Both the position numbers and the translations under genes were made by a program. Shown in pieces: positions 45,602 to 55,620 of a DNA stretch of 64,000 nucleotides. Location: positions 1 to 64,000 of the forward strand of contig CAVPHD010000010.1 of assembly GCA_963704165.1 (NCBI GenBank), in the 5' to 3' direction. This stretch comes from an uncultured delta proteobacterium (GTDB lineage: Bacteria; Myxococcota_A; UBA9160; SZUA-336). The stretch's first letter is position 1. The number at the start of each line of letters is the position of its first letter. Below the pieces are notes generated by a model. The model made no database searches and was not told the origin of the DNA. It saw only the letters and a program-made list of their open reading frames with translations.

Positions 45602-47207
45602 GTGAACTTCGACTCACTCCAGTACCTGCTCTTCCTGCCGGCGGTCTACACGCTGTATCGGCTGCTGCCGCACCTCGGGCAGAACCGCATGTTGCTCGTC
45701 GCCAGCTACTTCTTCTACGGCTGCTGGGACGTCCGATTCCTGTCGCTGATCATGCTCTCGACGGCGTTCGACTACGCGAGCGCCCTGATGATCGATCGCG
45801 GCGCGCTCGAGCGCCGGCAGGGATTCGCGGCCGCGGCCTGGGCCGTGCTGGGGATGGTCGTCTTCGTGGCGATCGACTGGCCGCAGGTCTTCGCTCCCGA
45901 TTCCACCGGCAGCGTTCTGACGCGCACCGGCGTTCTCGCGTCGCTGGCCGTCGCTTCGGTCTGCGTCGTCGCCGCCGCGGGCTACGGGCGTTTCACGGCG
46001 CTTCCCGAGCGAACCCGGCGCCGCGCTGCGCTCGTGGCGAGCCTCGTCGTGGACCTCGGCGTGCTCGGGTTCTTCAAGTACTTCAACTTCTTCGTCGGAA
46101 GCCTCGAGGAGCTTTTCCGGGACTTCGGCGTTTCGGCCGCGCACTGGCATCTCGACGTGGTGCTCCCGGTCGGGATCTCGTTCTACACGTTCCAGACGAT
46201 GAGCTACACGATCGACGTCTATCGCGGTCGCCTCCGCGCCACCGACAGCCTCCTCGACTTCGCGCTCTTCGTGTCCTTCTTTCCGCAGCTCGTGGCGGGC
46301 CCGATCGAGCGCGCCACGCATCTCCTGCCCGCGCTCGTCGGCACGCGACGCGTGCGCCTCGATTCCGTCGACGCGCGGCCTCTACCTGATCCTGCTCGGG
46401 CTCTTCAAGAAGGTCGCGATCGCGAACGGCGTGGCCCAGTCGGTCGACTCGATCTACAACTCGACGCATGCCGCCAGCGCCGGCGACGTCGCGCTCGCCA
46501 CGGCGCTCTTCGCGATCCAGATCTACTGCGACTTCTCCGGCTACACCGACATCGCGCGCGGCAGCGCGAAGCTCCTCGGCATCGATCTGATCGAGAACTT
46601 CCGGCAGCCGTACTTCTCGACCAACCCGAGCGAGTTCTGGCGGCGCTGGCACATCAGCCTCTCGACCTGGCTGCGCGACTACCTCTACATCCCGCTCGGC
46701 GGAAACCGCGGCGGCGGCGTCGCGACCTACCGCAACCTGATGCTGACGATGCTGCTCGGCGGGCTCTGGCACGGCGCCGCCTGGAACTTCGTCCTCTGGG
46801 GCGCGTTTCACGGCGGAATTCTCTGCGTCCATCGGCTCGCGAGCGGCGGGCGCGTGGCGGCGCGCGGCAGCTGGCACTACCCGAAGATGCTCCTCTTCTT
46901 TGCCCTCACCTGCTACGGCTGGCTGCTCTTCCGCGCGAACTCGTTCGAGCAGATCGCGTCGTTCACGCAGACGCTCGTGACCGGCGCGAATGCGTTATCG
47001 CTCTCGATCCACCCTCCGACGTTCGCGGCGTTGATCGGCCTGCCCGTCCTGTTCCTGCTCGAAGCCTTCGAGTACGCACGCGGCGACCATCTCCACTACC
47101 GCGGCCTTCCGCCGTGGGCGAGAGGCGCGCTCTACGCGGCGTTGATCTTCGTGATCCTCCTCGGCACCAGCAATGAACCCACCCAATTCATCTACTTCCA
47201 GTTCTGA
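45602..47207 (+). CDS. MBOAT-family O-acyltransferase (AlgI/PatA/DltB-like), frameshift near 46375
   Basis: ASYFFYG.W, FFKY.NF, LPVGISFYTFQ, FFPQLVAGPI.R, DFSGYTD, FWRRWHISLS and GLWHGA.W. Ends FIYFQF. Confidence 0.93.
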
Positions 47208-48327
47208 GCCCGCGTTCCGCGCGCAGCTTCGCGACCTGGTCTCGGTCGTCGCGTGGAGCCTCGCGTGGCTTCTGGCGATCGACGTCGGTCTCGGCCTCTG
47301 GCTCGGGGATCCACCGCGTGGACCCGCACGAGTCGAAGGCCAGCTGCAGCGCTACTTCGAGTACGGACGCTCCACCGAGGGCAAGATCCGCGCGATGATC
47401 GGCGCTTCGGACGATCTCACGCATCCGCTCGCCCTCTCGGGCTGGATCGAGCCGCCGAAGGATCAGCCCCGCACCCCGCCGGAGGGCAGCGAGCGACTCG
47501 TCGCGGTGTACGGCATGTCGTTCAGCGCCAATGCCGCGCTGGCGATGCACGAGCAGGATCCGACGCTCGCGGTGCGGAACGCCGGCGGACCCGGCGCCAC
47601 CCTCGCCCACTCCTACGCGATGTACCTGCGCGACCGAAGCGAGCACGACGCGAGCGTGATCGTGCTCGCCGTGCTCGCGTCGAGCTTTCCGAGCCTCTCG
47701 ACGCTCACGCACGCGACCTGGAACTTCGAAGCGCCGTCGCCGCACTTCTACCCGAGGTTCACGCTCGACGACGGCGCGCTGGCCTCGATCTCGGCGCCGA
47801 TCGACTCACTCGACGATCTCCGTGGCGCGCTCGCGGACTCCGAACGTTTCGACGAGCTCGTGCACGTGCTCGAGCGAGACGACGTGTTCTACGACCCGCT
47901 CGTCTTCCGGGAATCACGGCTCGACGGCTCCGTGATCGCGCGAACGATCCGCCGCGCATGGGGGCAACGCGCGAAGCGTGCGACGATCGGCCGCTTCCAC
48001 GACGCGCACGGCTTCACCAACGACCTCGACGCGGTCGAGATCGCGCGTGCGATCGTGCGCGAGTTCGTCACTCGGGTCCGCGCCGACGCGAAGCTCCCCG
48101 TCCTGCTCCTGATCCACGACCAGGGCTACGCCGACCATCTCTTCCTGGCCCTTCGCCCGGTGATCGGGGAAACCGGCGTGGACTTCGTCAGCACCCACGA
48201 GATCGCGCCTGCGATGGACGGTTCGAACTTCGTCCGCGACGGGCATTTCACGCACGCGAACGATCTCCGAATCGGGAAGGCGCTCGGCGACGTGATCCAC
48301 CGGGCGTCGCCACTTCCGCCTCGCTAG
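47173..48327 (+). CDS. MBOAT-associated membrane-anchored SGNH-like protein (DltD/AlgJ analogue)
   Basis: Overlaps the MBOAT 3' end. N-terminal TM, VAVYGMSFS and C-terminal DGHFT..N. Confidence 0.65.
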   Translation: MNPPNSSTSSSEPAFRAQLRDLVSVVAWSLAWLLAIDVGLGLWLGDPPRGPARVEGQLQRYFEYGRSTEGKIRAMIGASDDLTHPLALSGWIEPPKDQPRTPPEGSERLVAVYGMSFSANAALAMHEQDPTLAVRNAGGPGATLAHSYAMYLRDRSEHDASVIVLAVLASSFPSLSTLTHATWNFEAPSPHFYPRFTLDDGALASISAPIDSLDDLRGALADSERFDELVHVLERDDVFYDPLVFRESRLDGSVIARTIRRAWGQRAKRATIGRFHDAHGFTNDLDAVEIARAIVREFVTRVRADAKLPVLLLIHDQGYADHLFLALRPVIGETGVDFVSTHEIAPAMDGSNFVRDGHFTHANDLRIGKALGDVIHRASPLPPR

Positions 48328-48427
48328 CCGCCGTCACGTCCTGCGGCGATATCAGTGACCGCGACCCGAATTCGAGTGCAGTGCACTTCGTGCGCAGAAT
48401 CCTCGAGCGAACGTCGATACCGACGCC

Positions 48428-50392
48428 ATGAAGCAGAGGCTTCGAGTACTCCTCGGTGCCGCGCGAGGGCTCTGGCCGAGCCGCGCCGACTTCGGCTCCG
48501 CCGCATCGTCCGGCGTCGAGTCGCTGCTTCTCGACGGTGCGAAACGCATGGGCATCGTCCTCTTCGTCGCGATCACGATCGTCGACACGCTGGCCGTGGC
48601 CTCGGGCCTGGCGGACCTCCACGCGACGCTGCTCTACGACGGACTGACGCTTCTCGGTGTCGCCGTCGCCGGCGCGTCCACCCGGATCGCGAAACACTTT
48701 CCCGAGCTCCCGCTCTTCGCGATGGCGACCGTGCTCAACATCTCGTTGATCTTCGGAGTTGCGACTCTGAACGCCGGCCACCACGAGGTCGGCCTGCTCT
48801 GCGTGGCGGTGCCCATCGGCGTCGCCGCGTTCGCGCCGCTCCATCCGCTGCTGATGATCGCGCTCGGGATCGAAGTGGTCGCGTTGCTGCCGTTCGCCGA
48901 ACGAATCGCGCCGCCCGGCTGGTCGCTCGATTCGCCGATCGTCGCCGCGCTCGCGATCGCGATCGCCGGGATGGGCGCATCGGCGTCACGCAGTCAACGC
49001 GCGGTCTGGGCGCGCTTTGGCGACGCACACGAACGCGCGCTCCAATCGACGCGGACGAAGTCCGAGTTCCTGGCCAACATGAGCCACGAGATCCGGTCGC
49101 CGATGACCGCGATCCTGGGATTCGCCGACGAGCTCGAGCGGAAGATCGCGGTCCTGCACGCCGACGCCGAGACGCTCGAGGCGCTGCACACGATCCAGCG
49201 CAACGGCGCTCACCTTCTCGATCTGATCAACCGGATCCTCGACCTGTCGAAGGTCGAGGCGGGCAAGCTCCCCGTGCTCTCCGCGCCGTGTTCGCCGGCT
49301 TCGATCGTGCGCGAAGTCGTGCAGCTTCTCGGGCCGCAGGCGCGCACCAAGGGAGTTCGTCTCGAGACACGCTGCGACGGGCCGATCCCGGGTGCGATCG
49401 CGAGCGACGCGAGCCGTCTGCGCCAGATCCTGACCAATCTGATCCAGAATGCGATCAAGTTCACCGACAGCGGCGAGATCCGCGTGGTGTCGCGACTCGT
49501 CGCAAATGGTTCCGCATCCGAGCCGTGGCTCGAGATCTCGGTCGAGGACACCGGTATCGGCATCGCGACCGAGGATCGGCACGCGATCTTCGAGCCGTTC
49601 ACGCAGCTCCACGATGCATCGGTGCACGCGCAGCCCGGCACCGGGCTCGGTCTCTCGCTCTCGCGTCGTCTCGCGCGGCTGCTCGGCGGCGATCTCGTGC
49701 TGGCGAGCGAGATCGGTCGCGGCAGTCGGTTCACGGTTCGTGTACCCGCAACTCCGATCGCCGAGTTCGAGTCCGCGGGACCGGACTGCAGCGCTCTGGA
49801 ACCGAAACCCGACGTGCGCGTGAGCGGTCGCATCCTGATCGCCGAGGACGGCGTGGACAATCGGCGTCTGCTTCGGGCGATGCTGGCCAGCGCCGGGCTC
49901 GAGGTCGAGCTGGTCGAGAATGGCGAGCAGGCGTGTCAGCGAGCCAGCGAGGCTCAGCGACTCGATCGACCCTTCGATGTGTTGTTGATGGATATTCAAA
50001 TGCCGATCCTCGACGGCTATGCCGCAACGCGTCGCCTGCGAGCCGAGGGTTATCCCGGTGCGATCATCGCGCTCACGGCCCGTGCGATGGTCGGTGATCG
50101 CGAACGCTGCCTCGAAGCGGGCTTCGATGACTACGCGAGCAAGCCGATCGTCCGCTCCGACCTGATCGCGCGGATCTCCGGATCGATCGCGAAGTCGCGG
50201 GGCGTAATCCCCAGCCGACTGAGCCGGACCGATTTCCAGACTGAGAAGCTCGGAAATCCCAGGATCGATGCGCGTATCCACGTCGTCGGCCTGATAGGAT
50301 TGTGTCCGTGCGAGGTGACGGGGAACTTCGCGGCAGCTCGAAGAAGTCCCAGAAGAAGAAGGGACCCTCACGCGGCCAACGGTTCACGCTGA
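48428..50392 (+). CDS. Membrane-bound hybrid sensor histidine kinase (TM - HisKA - HATPase - REC); last ~60 codons doubtful
   Basis: EFLANMSHEIRSPM, NAIKFT, DTGIG and GTGLGL. REC domain AED..DIQMP..T..KP. Confidence 0.92.
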   Translation: MKQRLRVLLGAARGLWPSRADFGSAASSGVESLLLDGAKRMGIVLFVAITIVDTLAVASGLADLHATLLYDGLTLLGVAVAGASTRIAKHFPELPLFAMATVLNISLIFGVATLNAGHHEVGLLCVAVPIGVAAFAPLHPLLMIALGIEVVALLPFAERIAPPGWSLDSPIVAALAIAIAGMGASASRSQRAVWARFGDAHERALQSTRTKSEFLANMSHEIRSPMTAILGFADELERKIAVLHADAETLEALHTIQRNGAHLLDLINRILDLSKVEAGKLPVLSAPCSPASIVREVVQLLGPQARTKGVRLETRCDGPIPGAIASDASRLRQILTNLIQNAIKFTDSGEIRVVSRLVANGSASEPWLEISVEDTGIGIATEDRHAIFEPFTQLHDASVHAQPGTGLGLSLSRRLARLLGGDLVLASEIGRGSRFTVRVPATPIAEFESAGPDCSALEPKPDVRVSGRILIAEDGVDNRRLLRAMLASAGLEVELVENGEQACQRASEAQRLDRPFDVLLMDIQMPILDGYAATRRLRAEGYPGAIIALTARAMVGDRERCLEAGFDDYASKPIVRSDLIARISGSIAKSRGVIPSRLSRTDFQTEKLGNPRIDARIHVVGLIGLCPCEVTGNFAAARRSPRRRRDPHAANGSR

Positions 50393-53300
50393 ACCGGCCG
50401 ATTCGCTTCGGCGACTTCGTGCTCGATGCAGCGGCCGGTGAGCTTCGCCGCGAGGGAAGACCCGTGGCGATCGCGCAGAAGCCTTTCGCGATGCTCTGCC
50501 ATCTGGTCGCGAATTCGAATCGTCCCGTCCCCAAGGCGGAGCTCTTCAAGAAGATCTGGCCGAAGGTCGTCGTCAGCGATGCCGCGCTCGATAGCGCGCT
50601 CAAAGATCTTCGCCGTGCGCTCGGAGACGAGGCGGCACACCCCCGGTTCGTGCGCACGGTGCGCGGCCGCGGCATCCGCTTCATCGCAGAGGTCCGCTAC
50701 GGCCCCGGCCCGCGAAAGCGATCGGCGGACGACACGTCGACGGCTGCCGCGCCCGCAACCGCGACCGTCGAGTCGTCGCGCTTCGTCGACCGCGTGCGGG
50801 AGCTTCGCGCGCTGATTCGCTCCGCCGAGGCCGCCGCGCGCGGCCAACCCAGCGTGATCGTGATCGAGGGTGCAGCCGGCGTGGGCAAGACCCGACTCGT
50901 CGAAGAGCTACTTCGCGATCCGGCCAGCGCCGACTTCTCGATCGGACGGGGAAGCTGCCATCCGGATGAGCGCGAACCCTACCACCCGTTCGGCGAGGCC
51001 TTCCGCGATCGACTCCGGCCGGGCGAGACCGAGAGCGGACGACCCGGCGCGGCCGAGGTCGAGTTCCACCGGCTTCTCGATCCGAGCCGCGGCGAACCGC
51101 ACATCGACCCGAGCGAGTGCGCGGACAGCCGCCGCGAACAGTCGGAACTCTACGGTGCGATCTGGCACGTCGTCGCGCGGCTCTCGCGTTCGCACCCGAC
51201 GCTGATCGTGACTCGAGGATCTGCACTACGCGAGCGCGTCGACACTCGACCTGCTCCTCAGCCTGGCGATCGACGTCGCCGACGTGCACGGACCCGATGG
51301 CGTACCGCTCCTGATCCTCGCGACCACGCAACCCGCGAAGCCCGGTACGCGCCTCGACGTGACGCTGCGCAGACTCGAGAAGCAGCGCAGCTACAGCTCG
51401 ATCCGGATCCGAGGTCTGGGCCTGCGCTCGACGCGGGAGTTCGTCGCGGGGATCGCGGGCGCTCGCCCGACCGAGCCGGTCGCGAGGGCGTTTCGCGACG
51501 CCACCGCGGGAAACCCATACCTGTTGACCATGGTGATGCGCCAGTACGGCGAGTCGATCGCCGTGACCGCCGGAATCGATCGCGGCGCTGCGCACCCCGA
51601 TCGTCCATCGGCTCGAGGCTCTCGACGCCGAGTGCCGCCGCATCCTCACGGTGGCGGCGTTCTGCGGCCAGGACTTCGGCCTGATCACGATCAGCGCCGT
51701 CAGCGGGGCGATCTCCGCGAAGACCGCGGCCGCCATCGAAGCCGGCCGTGGCGCTCGGGCTCGTGGTCGGCGGACCGCGGAGATTCCACTTCGAACACGA
51801 TCTCGTGAGGGAGGCGCTGCGCGACGCGACACCCGAAGGCGAGCGCGGCGAAGATCCACCTCGAGCTCGCGAGAGTGCTCGAGGAGCTTCACGGCGGTAC
51901 GTCGAGCGAGCACGCGATCGAGATCGCGCGGCATCTGCTGCTCGCGGGTCCGCACGTCGATCCGTCGCGGCTCGTGCACTTCAGCCCGTCGCGCCGGCGA
52001 CCAGTCCTTCGCGGTCTGCGCCTGGCGGGAGGCGGCGGAATTCTATGAGGCGGCTCTCGGTGCGGAGTCGAAGCTCTCGGGGTCGGAGCGCGCGGATCTT
52101 CACCTGCGGGCGGGGCTCGCGAGGAGCCATGACCTCCAGACCCGGCAGGCGGTCGATCACTTCACGAGTGCCGCGCGCGGTTGTTCAAGTCCGCGGGAGA
52201 TGACTCGGGATTCACCTGGGCGCTGCTCAACGAGACCCATGCGCGCAATTCGCTGACGCCGATCAGGTCTCGCGCGGCCGGCGACCTGCAGCGAACTCGT
52301 GGATCTCTACGCAAAGCTCGGTGAAGGCGAGCCGGGGTTGCGCGGCCGTCTGCTCGCGAGCCTGGCGGCGGCCGCGCGGGCCCTGAGCAGCGACGAACGC
52401 TCCGAGGACTTCGCCGAGCAGGCGCTTGCACTCGGACGCGCGACCGACGACGACGTCGTCTGCTTCCTGGCCTGCGAGCAGCTCGCGCTCACCCGGCACG
52501 CGCGGCTGCGGCTGCGCGACTCGCTCGCCGGCTGGCTCGACGCCGCCGCGTACGCGCGCAGGTCCCGCGACCCGTGGCTGCAGTCGGTCCCCGGTCCGAT
52601 GATCACGCTCGCGCTGCTGCAGCTCGGTCGCTTCAGCGAGGCGCGGACCGCCGCGCGCGAGGCGGAAAAGCTGGCTCGAAACGCGCGAAACCGCGCCTCC
52701 CTCGCGCTGGTCCTGGCTCTACAAGGAGCGCTCGAGCTGGCGAGCGGAGACCTCGACGGCGCAGACGAGCGAATCCGCGAGTCGCACTACACCTCCGAGT
52801 TCTCGCGCGATACCTGGGGCCGGATCGTCACCGACGTCGTCCGATCCTGCAGCGCCTGCCACCGCGGCCGCTGGAACGATGCCGAGGCCGCGGTGTCGGA
52901 GCTCGCGAGCGGAGGTCACGCCTATGGCGAGGGCGGAAAGCTCGGGCCGCTTCCGGTCGCGTCGATGCGCCAGCTCTTGCTCGCGTATCGCGCCCCCGAC
53001 GAGGTCGACCGCGACGAGTTCGCCGCTCTGGTGAGCCGTGCGCTGGCGGAGGGGGTGCGAGGCCAGCAACTGACCGCCCTCTCGAGGCTCTCGGAAGTCG
53101 CGGTCCTTCTCGGATCTCCCGAGCAGAGCCGGGCGCTCGAGAGCCAGCTCGAGGTCGCGCACGCGCAGGGATTCGTCTTCATTGGCGCGAGCGCCGTGCT
53201 TCTGCCGCGGCTGCTCGCGGGCACGGCATCACTCGATGGCCGGCTGGACCAGGCCGAGACCTACTTCGTCGAGGCGCTCCAGAAGGCGCGACTGGCGGGC

Positions 53301-53498
53301 GCCCGGATCGAGCTCGCCTTCACGCTGATCGATCGCGCGGGAATGCGCCTGCGCCACCGGGGGGCCGCCGCACGAGATCTCGAGCAGGCGCGCACGGACG
53401 TCGCCGAAGCCGCTTCGATCGCGCGCGACCTCGGGCTCGACCAGATCGAGCGCACGGCGAAGGAACTCGCTCGCGGGCTCGCCGTCCGCGTCCGTTAG
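50302..53498 (+). CDS. Winged-helix (OmpR/CadC-type) - STAND/AAA ATPase - TPR transcriptional regulator (several frameshifts 51210-52250; start uncertain)
   Basis: RFGDFVLD..ELF..IW..LRRALGD..VRTVRGRG.RF, FVDR..EL, GAAGVGKTRL, EDLH, T.GNP, F.HDL.RE, then an all-helical C-terminus. Confidence 0.82.
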
Positions 53499-53598
53499 CT
53501 TCGGCGCAATCCCCGGAAAATCCCCAACTCGAAGCTCTCAGTGATCGTACTGTGGTGAGTGGAATCGAGACCCATCGGTTTCAGGGAGGGGAAGGGAA

Positions 53599-53919
53599 AT
53601 GAAGGATCCGATCTCGCAGTACTGTCTGCGGATGCCGCGGCCGGCGTACGACGACGCGCTCGATGTCGCGCTGGTTTTCGGCCTCAGCATGAACCAGTTC
53701 CTCGTCGGCGCGGTTCGACACTACGTACAGACCCAGCTCGAGCAGGAGTCCATCCACACGGCGGTGTCGAAGGTGCGCGAAGCCCGCAAGGCCGGTCTCG
53801 CGCACGGCTTGGTTGCGCAGCTCGCGGGCGGAACGGACACCCGCATCGGCTCGGGCACGCGCCGGAAGCGCGGCGTCTCCGCTTCACCCGAGCCCGACGA
53901 GGCGTCGAAACGCGCGTAG
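53599..53919 (+). CDS. Arc/HicB-like ribbon-helix-helix DNA-binding protein, paralogue 1
   Basis: QYCLRMP-helix-GLSMNQFL pattern matches the Arc RHH signature. Purine-rich RBS upstream. Confidence 0.7.
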   Translation: MKDPISQYCLRMPRPAYDDALDVALVFGLSMNQFLVGAVRHYVQTQLEQESIHTAVSKVREARKAGLAHGLVAQLAGGTDTRIGSGTRRKRGVSASPEPDEASKRA

Positions 53920-53928
53920 ACGGCGATC

Positions 53929-53996
53929 TGATATCAACCGATCATTTCGTTCATCGACTCATTCGTGAGTTTCTGAGACGTGATTGACTGATATCA
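53929..53996. repeat. Two TGATATCA palindromes 60 bp apart, with ACTCA-TTCG-TGAGT between them, in an AT-rich spacer
   Basis: TGATATCA at 53929-53936 and 53989-53996. Inverted repeat at 53957-53970. Confidence 0.7.
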
Positions 53997-54073
53997 TGTA
54001 ACTCACTGCCGTACATCACTTTTTCGTCTCGACCGCTCATGCTTTCTGCGCGCCGGCCGATCCAGAAGCAGAG

Positions 54074-54337
54074 ATGAGAAAGCACTCGGCAGACTTCACA
54101 GGCCGGCTACCCGCGGACCTCTACCGCGATGCGGTCGATCTCGCGCTCGTGTTCAACCAGAGCCTGAGCGAGTACCTCGCGAGCGCGATCAACGCCTACG
54201 TCGATGCGCAGCTCACGCGGAACGTCGTGCAAACCGCGGTGACGAAGGTCCGCGAAGCCCGCGGAGACGCCGGACCCGCGGACCGCAAGCCGCGCGCCAC
54301 GTCTGCGCGCGTGGCCGGACGGAGCGACAAGGGATGA
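54074..54337 (+). CDS. Ribbon-helix-helix protein, paralogue 2
   Basis: DFTGRLP..Y.DA.D.ALVF..SLSEYL..AI..YV..QL..TAV.KVREAR, alignable with the flanking paralogues. Confidence 0.7.
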   Translation: MRKHSADFTGRLPADLYRDAVDLALVFNQSLSEYLASAINAYVDAQLTRNVVQTAVTKVREARGDAGPADRKPRATSARVAGRSDKG

Positions 54338-54363
54338 AAGCTTCCAAGGGGAGGGGAAAGAAG

Positions 54364-54621
54364 GTGAAACAGGACAACGTTCAGTACTGCCTGCGCATGA
54401 CGCGGGCCGCCTATGACGATGCACTCGACGTCGCGCTGGTCTTCGACTTGAGCTTGAACCAGTTCTTCCTCGGAGCGATCCGGAGCTATGTCGACTTCCA
54501 GCTCCGCCAGGATGCGACGAAGACGGCCGTCGCGAAGATCCGCGAGGCGAGAAGCGAGGGACTCGCGAGTGGCGGGGCGGATGTCTTCCTCGATGAGCCG
54601 AGGGACCCCGTCTCGAGCTAG
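54364..54621 (+). CDS. Ribbon-helix-helix protein, paralogue 3 (GTG start at 54364, or ATG at 54334)
   Basis: QYCLRM.R.AYDDALDVALVF.LSLNQF. Shares the AGGGAGGGGAA leader of paralogue 1. Confidence 0.7.
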   Translation: MKQDNVQYCLRMTRAAYDDALDVALVFDLSLNQFFLGAIRSYVDFQLRQDATKTAVAKIREARSEGLASGGADVFLDEPRDPVSS

Positions 54622-54648
54622 GCGGGCGCGGCGCCCGCCGAGATCCGG

Positions 54649-55029
54649 TCAGAAGCGAACGCCCGACGTCGCCGCGCGCGGCTCGGCGCTTCGCTCGCTC
54701 TGAATCAGACCGAGCTTCACGAAGACCCGCAGAAACGGATCGGGATCGGCAAATCGGAGCGCGCAGCCATCGGGTGTGGTGCGCACGTACTTCGCGAGCA
54801 TCGAGGCCGGCTGGTTGCCCGGAAACCAGGGCAGCTCGATCCGCACCAGCGTCCCCGGAGTGACCGAGGACCCAGCGACCTCGAGTCGAACGCCGCTGTT
54901 CGAGATGTCCACGATCCAGGCATCGAGCGCGCTATCTCCGATCCGCGCGACGACCTGGATCCGCGCCACGTATCGAGTCGCGACCCGCGGATTCGAGAAT
55001 CCGCCCAGGGTGAAGTCGTCGTTATCCAT
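54649..55029 (-). CDS. Single-domain PilZ protein (c-di-GMP receptor)
   Basis: RxxxR (RVATR) and DxSxxG (DISNSG) motifs followed by a beta-barrel pattern. Confidence 0.8.
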   Translation of the reverse strand: MDNDDFTLGGFSNPRVATRYVARIQVVARIGDSALDAWIVDISNSGVRLEVAGSSVTPGTLVRIELPWFPGNQPASMLAKYVRTTPDGCALRFADPDPFLRVFVKLGLIQSERSAEPRAATSGVRF

Positions 55030-55176
55030 CGCCACCCGCTTCGGCTTCGCGATGGAGTTCTTGAGATTCGAGGCGCATCGCTCACCCTGATCCACCTCAG
55101 TGATCTCACTCCGTCATTCGACAGCGCCTCGCTCACTGTCATCAAGCCGTCGCTCCGCTGCACCGAACCACACGGC

Positions 55177-55515
55177 ATGAACTCGACAGAGGCGGCAGAG
55201 CAGATCGCGAGAGCTCTGAAAACTCGGACCGGAATCACCTACAGCGTGACGGCCGGCCGCGGCACGATGCGCTCGTGGCTGATCATCGACATCGCGGTGG
55301 AGCGGAGATCCCTACCGACGGCAATGGCGGAGCGTGAAGCTCTCGCGCGCTACCTCGGCTTCCCGCGCTGGGACGGAACGATTCTCGTGAAGGGAACCGA
55401 AGATGCACGGCGCGAACACCTTGCGCGAGCTCTCGGCGTCGAGCGATCGGCACCGGACGACTCACTCGCGTCGCTTCTGATGCCGCTCGCCGACGACCCA
55501 GGTCGCGCCACCTGA
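55177..55515 (+). CDS. Hypothetical protein (112 aa)
   Basis: ATG-initiated ORF filling the gap between two AT-richer spacers. No family securely recognised. Confidence 0.55.
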   Translation: MNSTEAAEQIARALKTRTGITYSVTAGRGTMRSWLIIDIAVERRSLPTAMAEREALARYLGFPRWDGTILVKGTEDARREHLARALGVERSAPDDSLASLLMPLADDPGRAT

Positions 55516-55620
55516 TCGGCTTCGCACTCCGTCACTTCATGCAGTGATATCTCTGAGAGTGACTCATCTCAAGTACGCGGGTGCAGGGCCGATCTAGTTC
55601 GCGGAACGCCTGGTTCGGCG

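Noticed and set aside
50200..50392. C-terminal tail of the hybrid kinase overlapping the next gene
   Set aside because: It has no domain features after REC. Probably read-through from an indel, since a TAA lies near 50205 in another frame
53920..54070. Possible CRISPR array, iteron origin or ncRNA in the AT-rich spacer
   Set aside because: Only two 8-bp palindromes, no repeat-spacer periodicity, and no cas or rep gene. Treated as operator DNA instead
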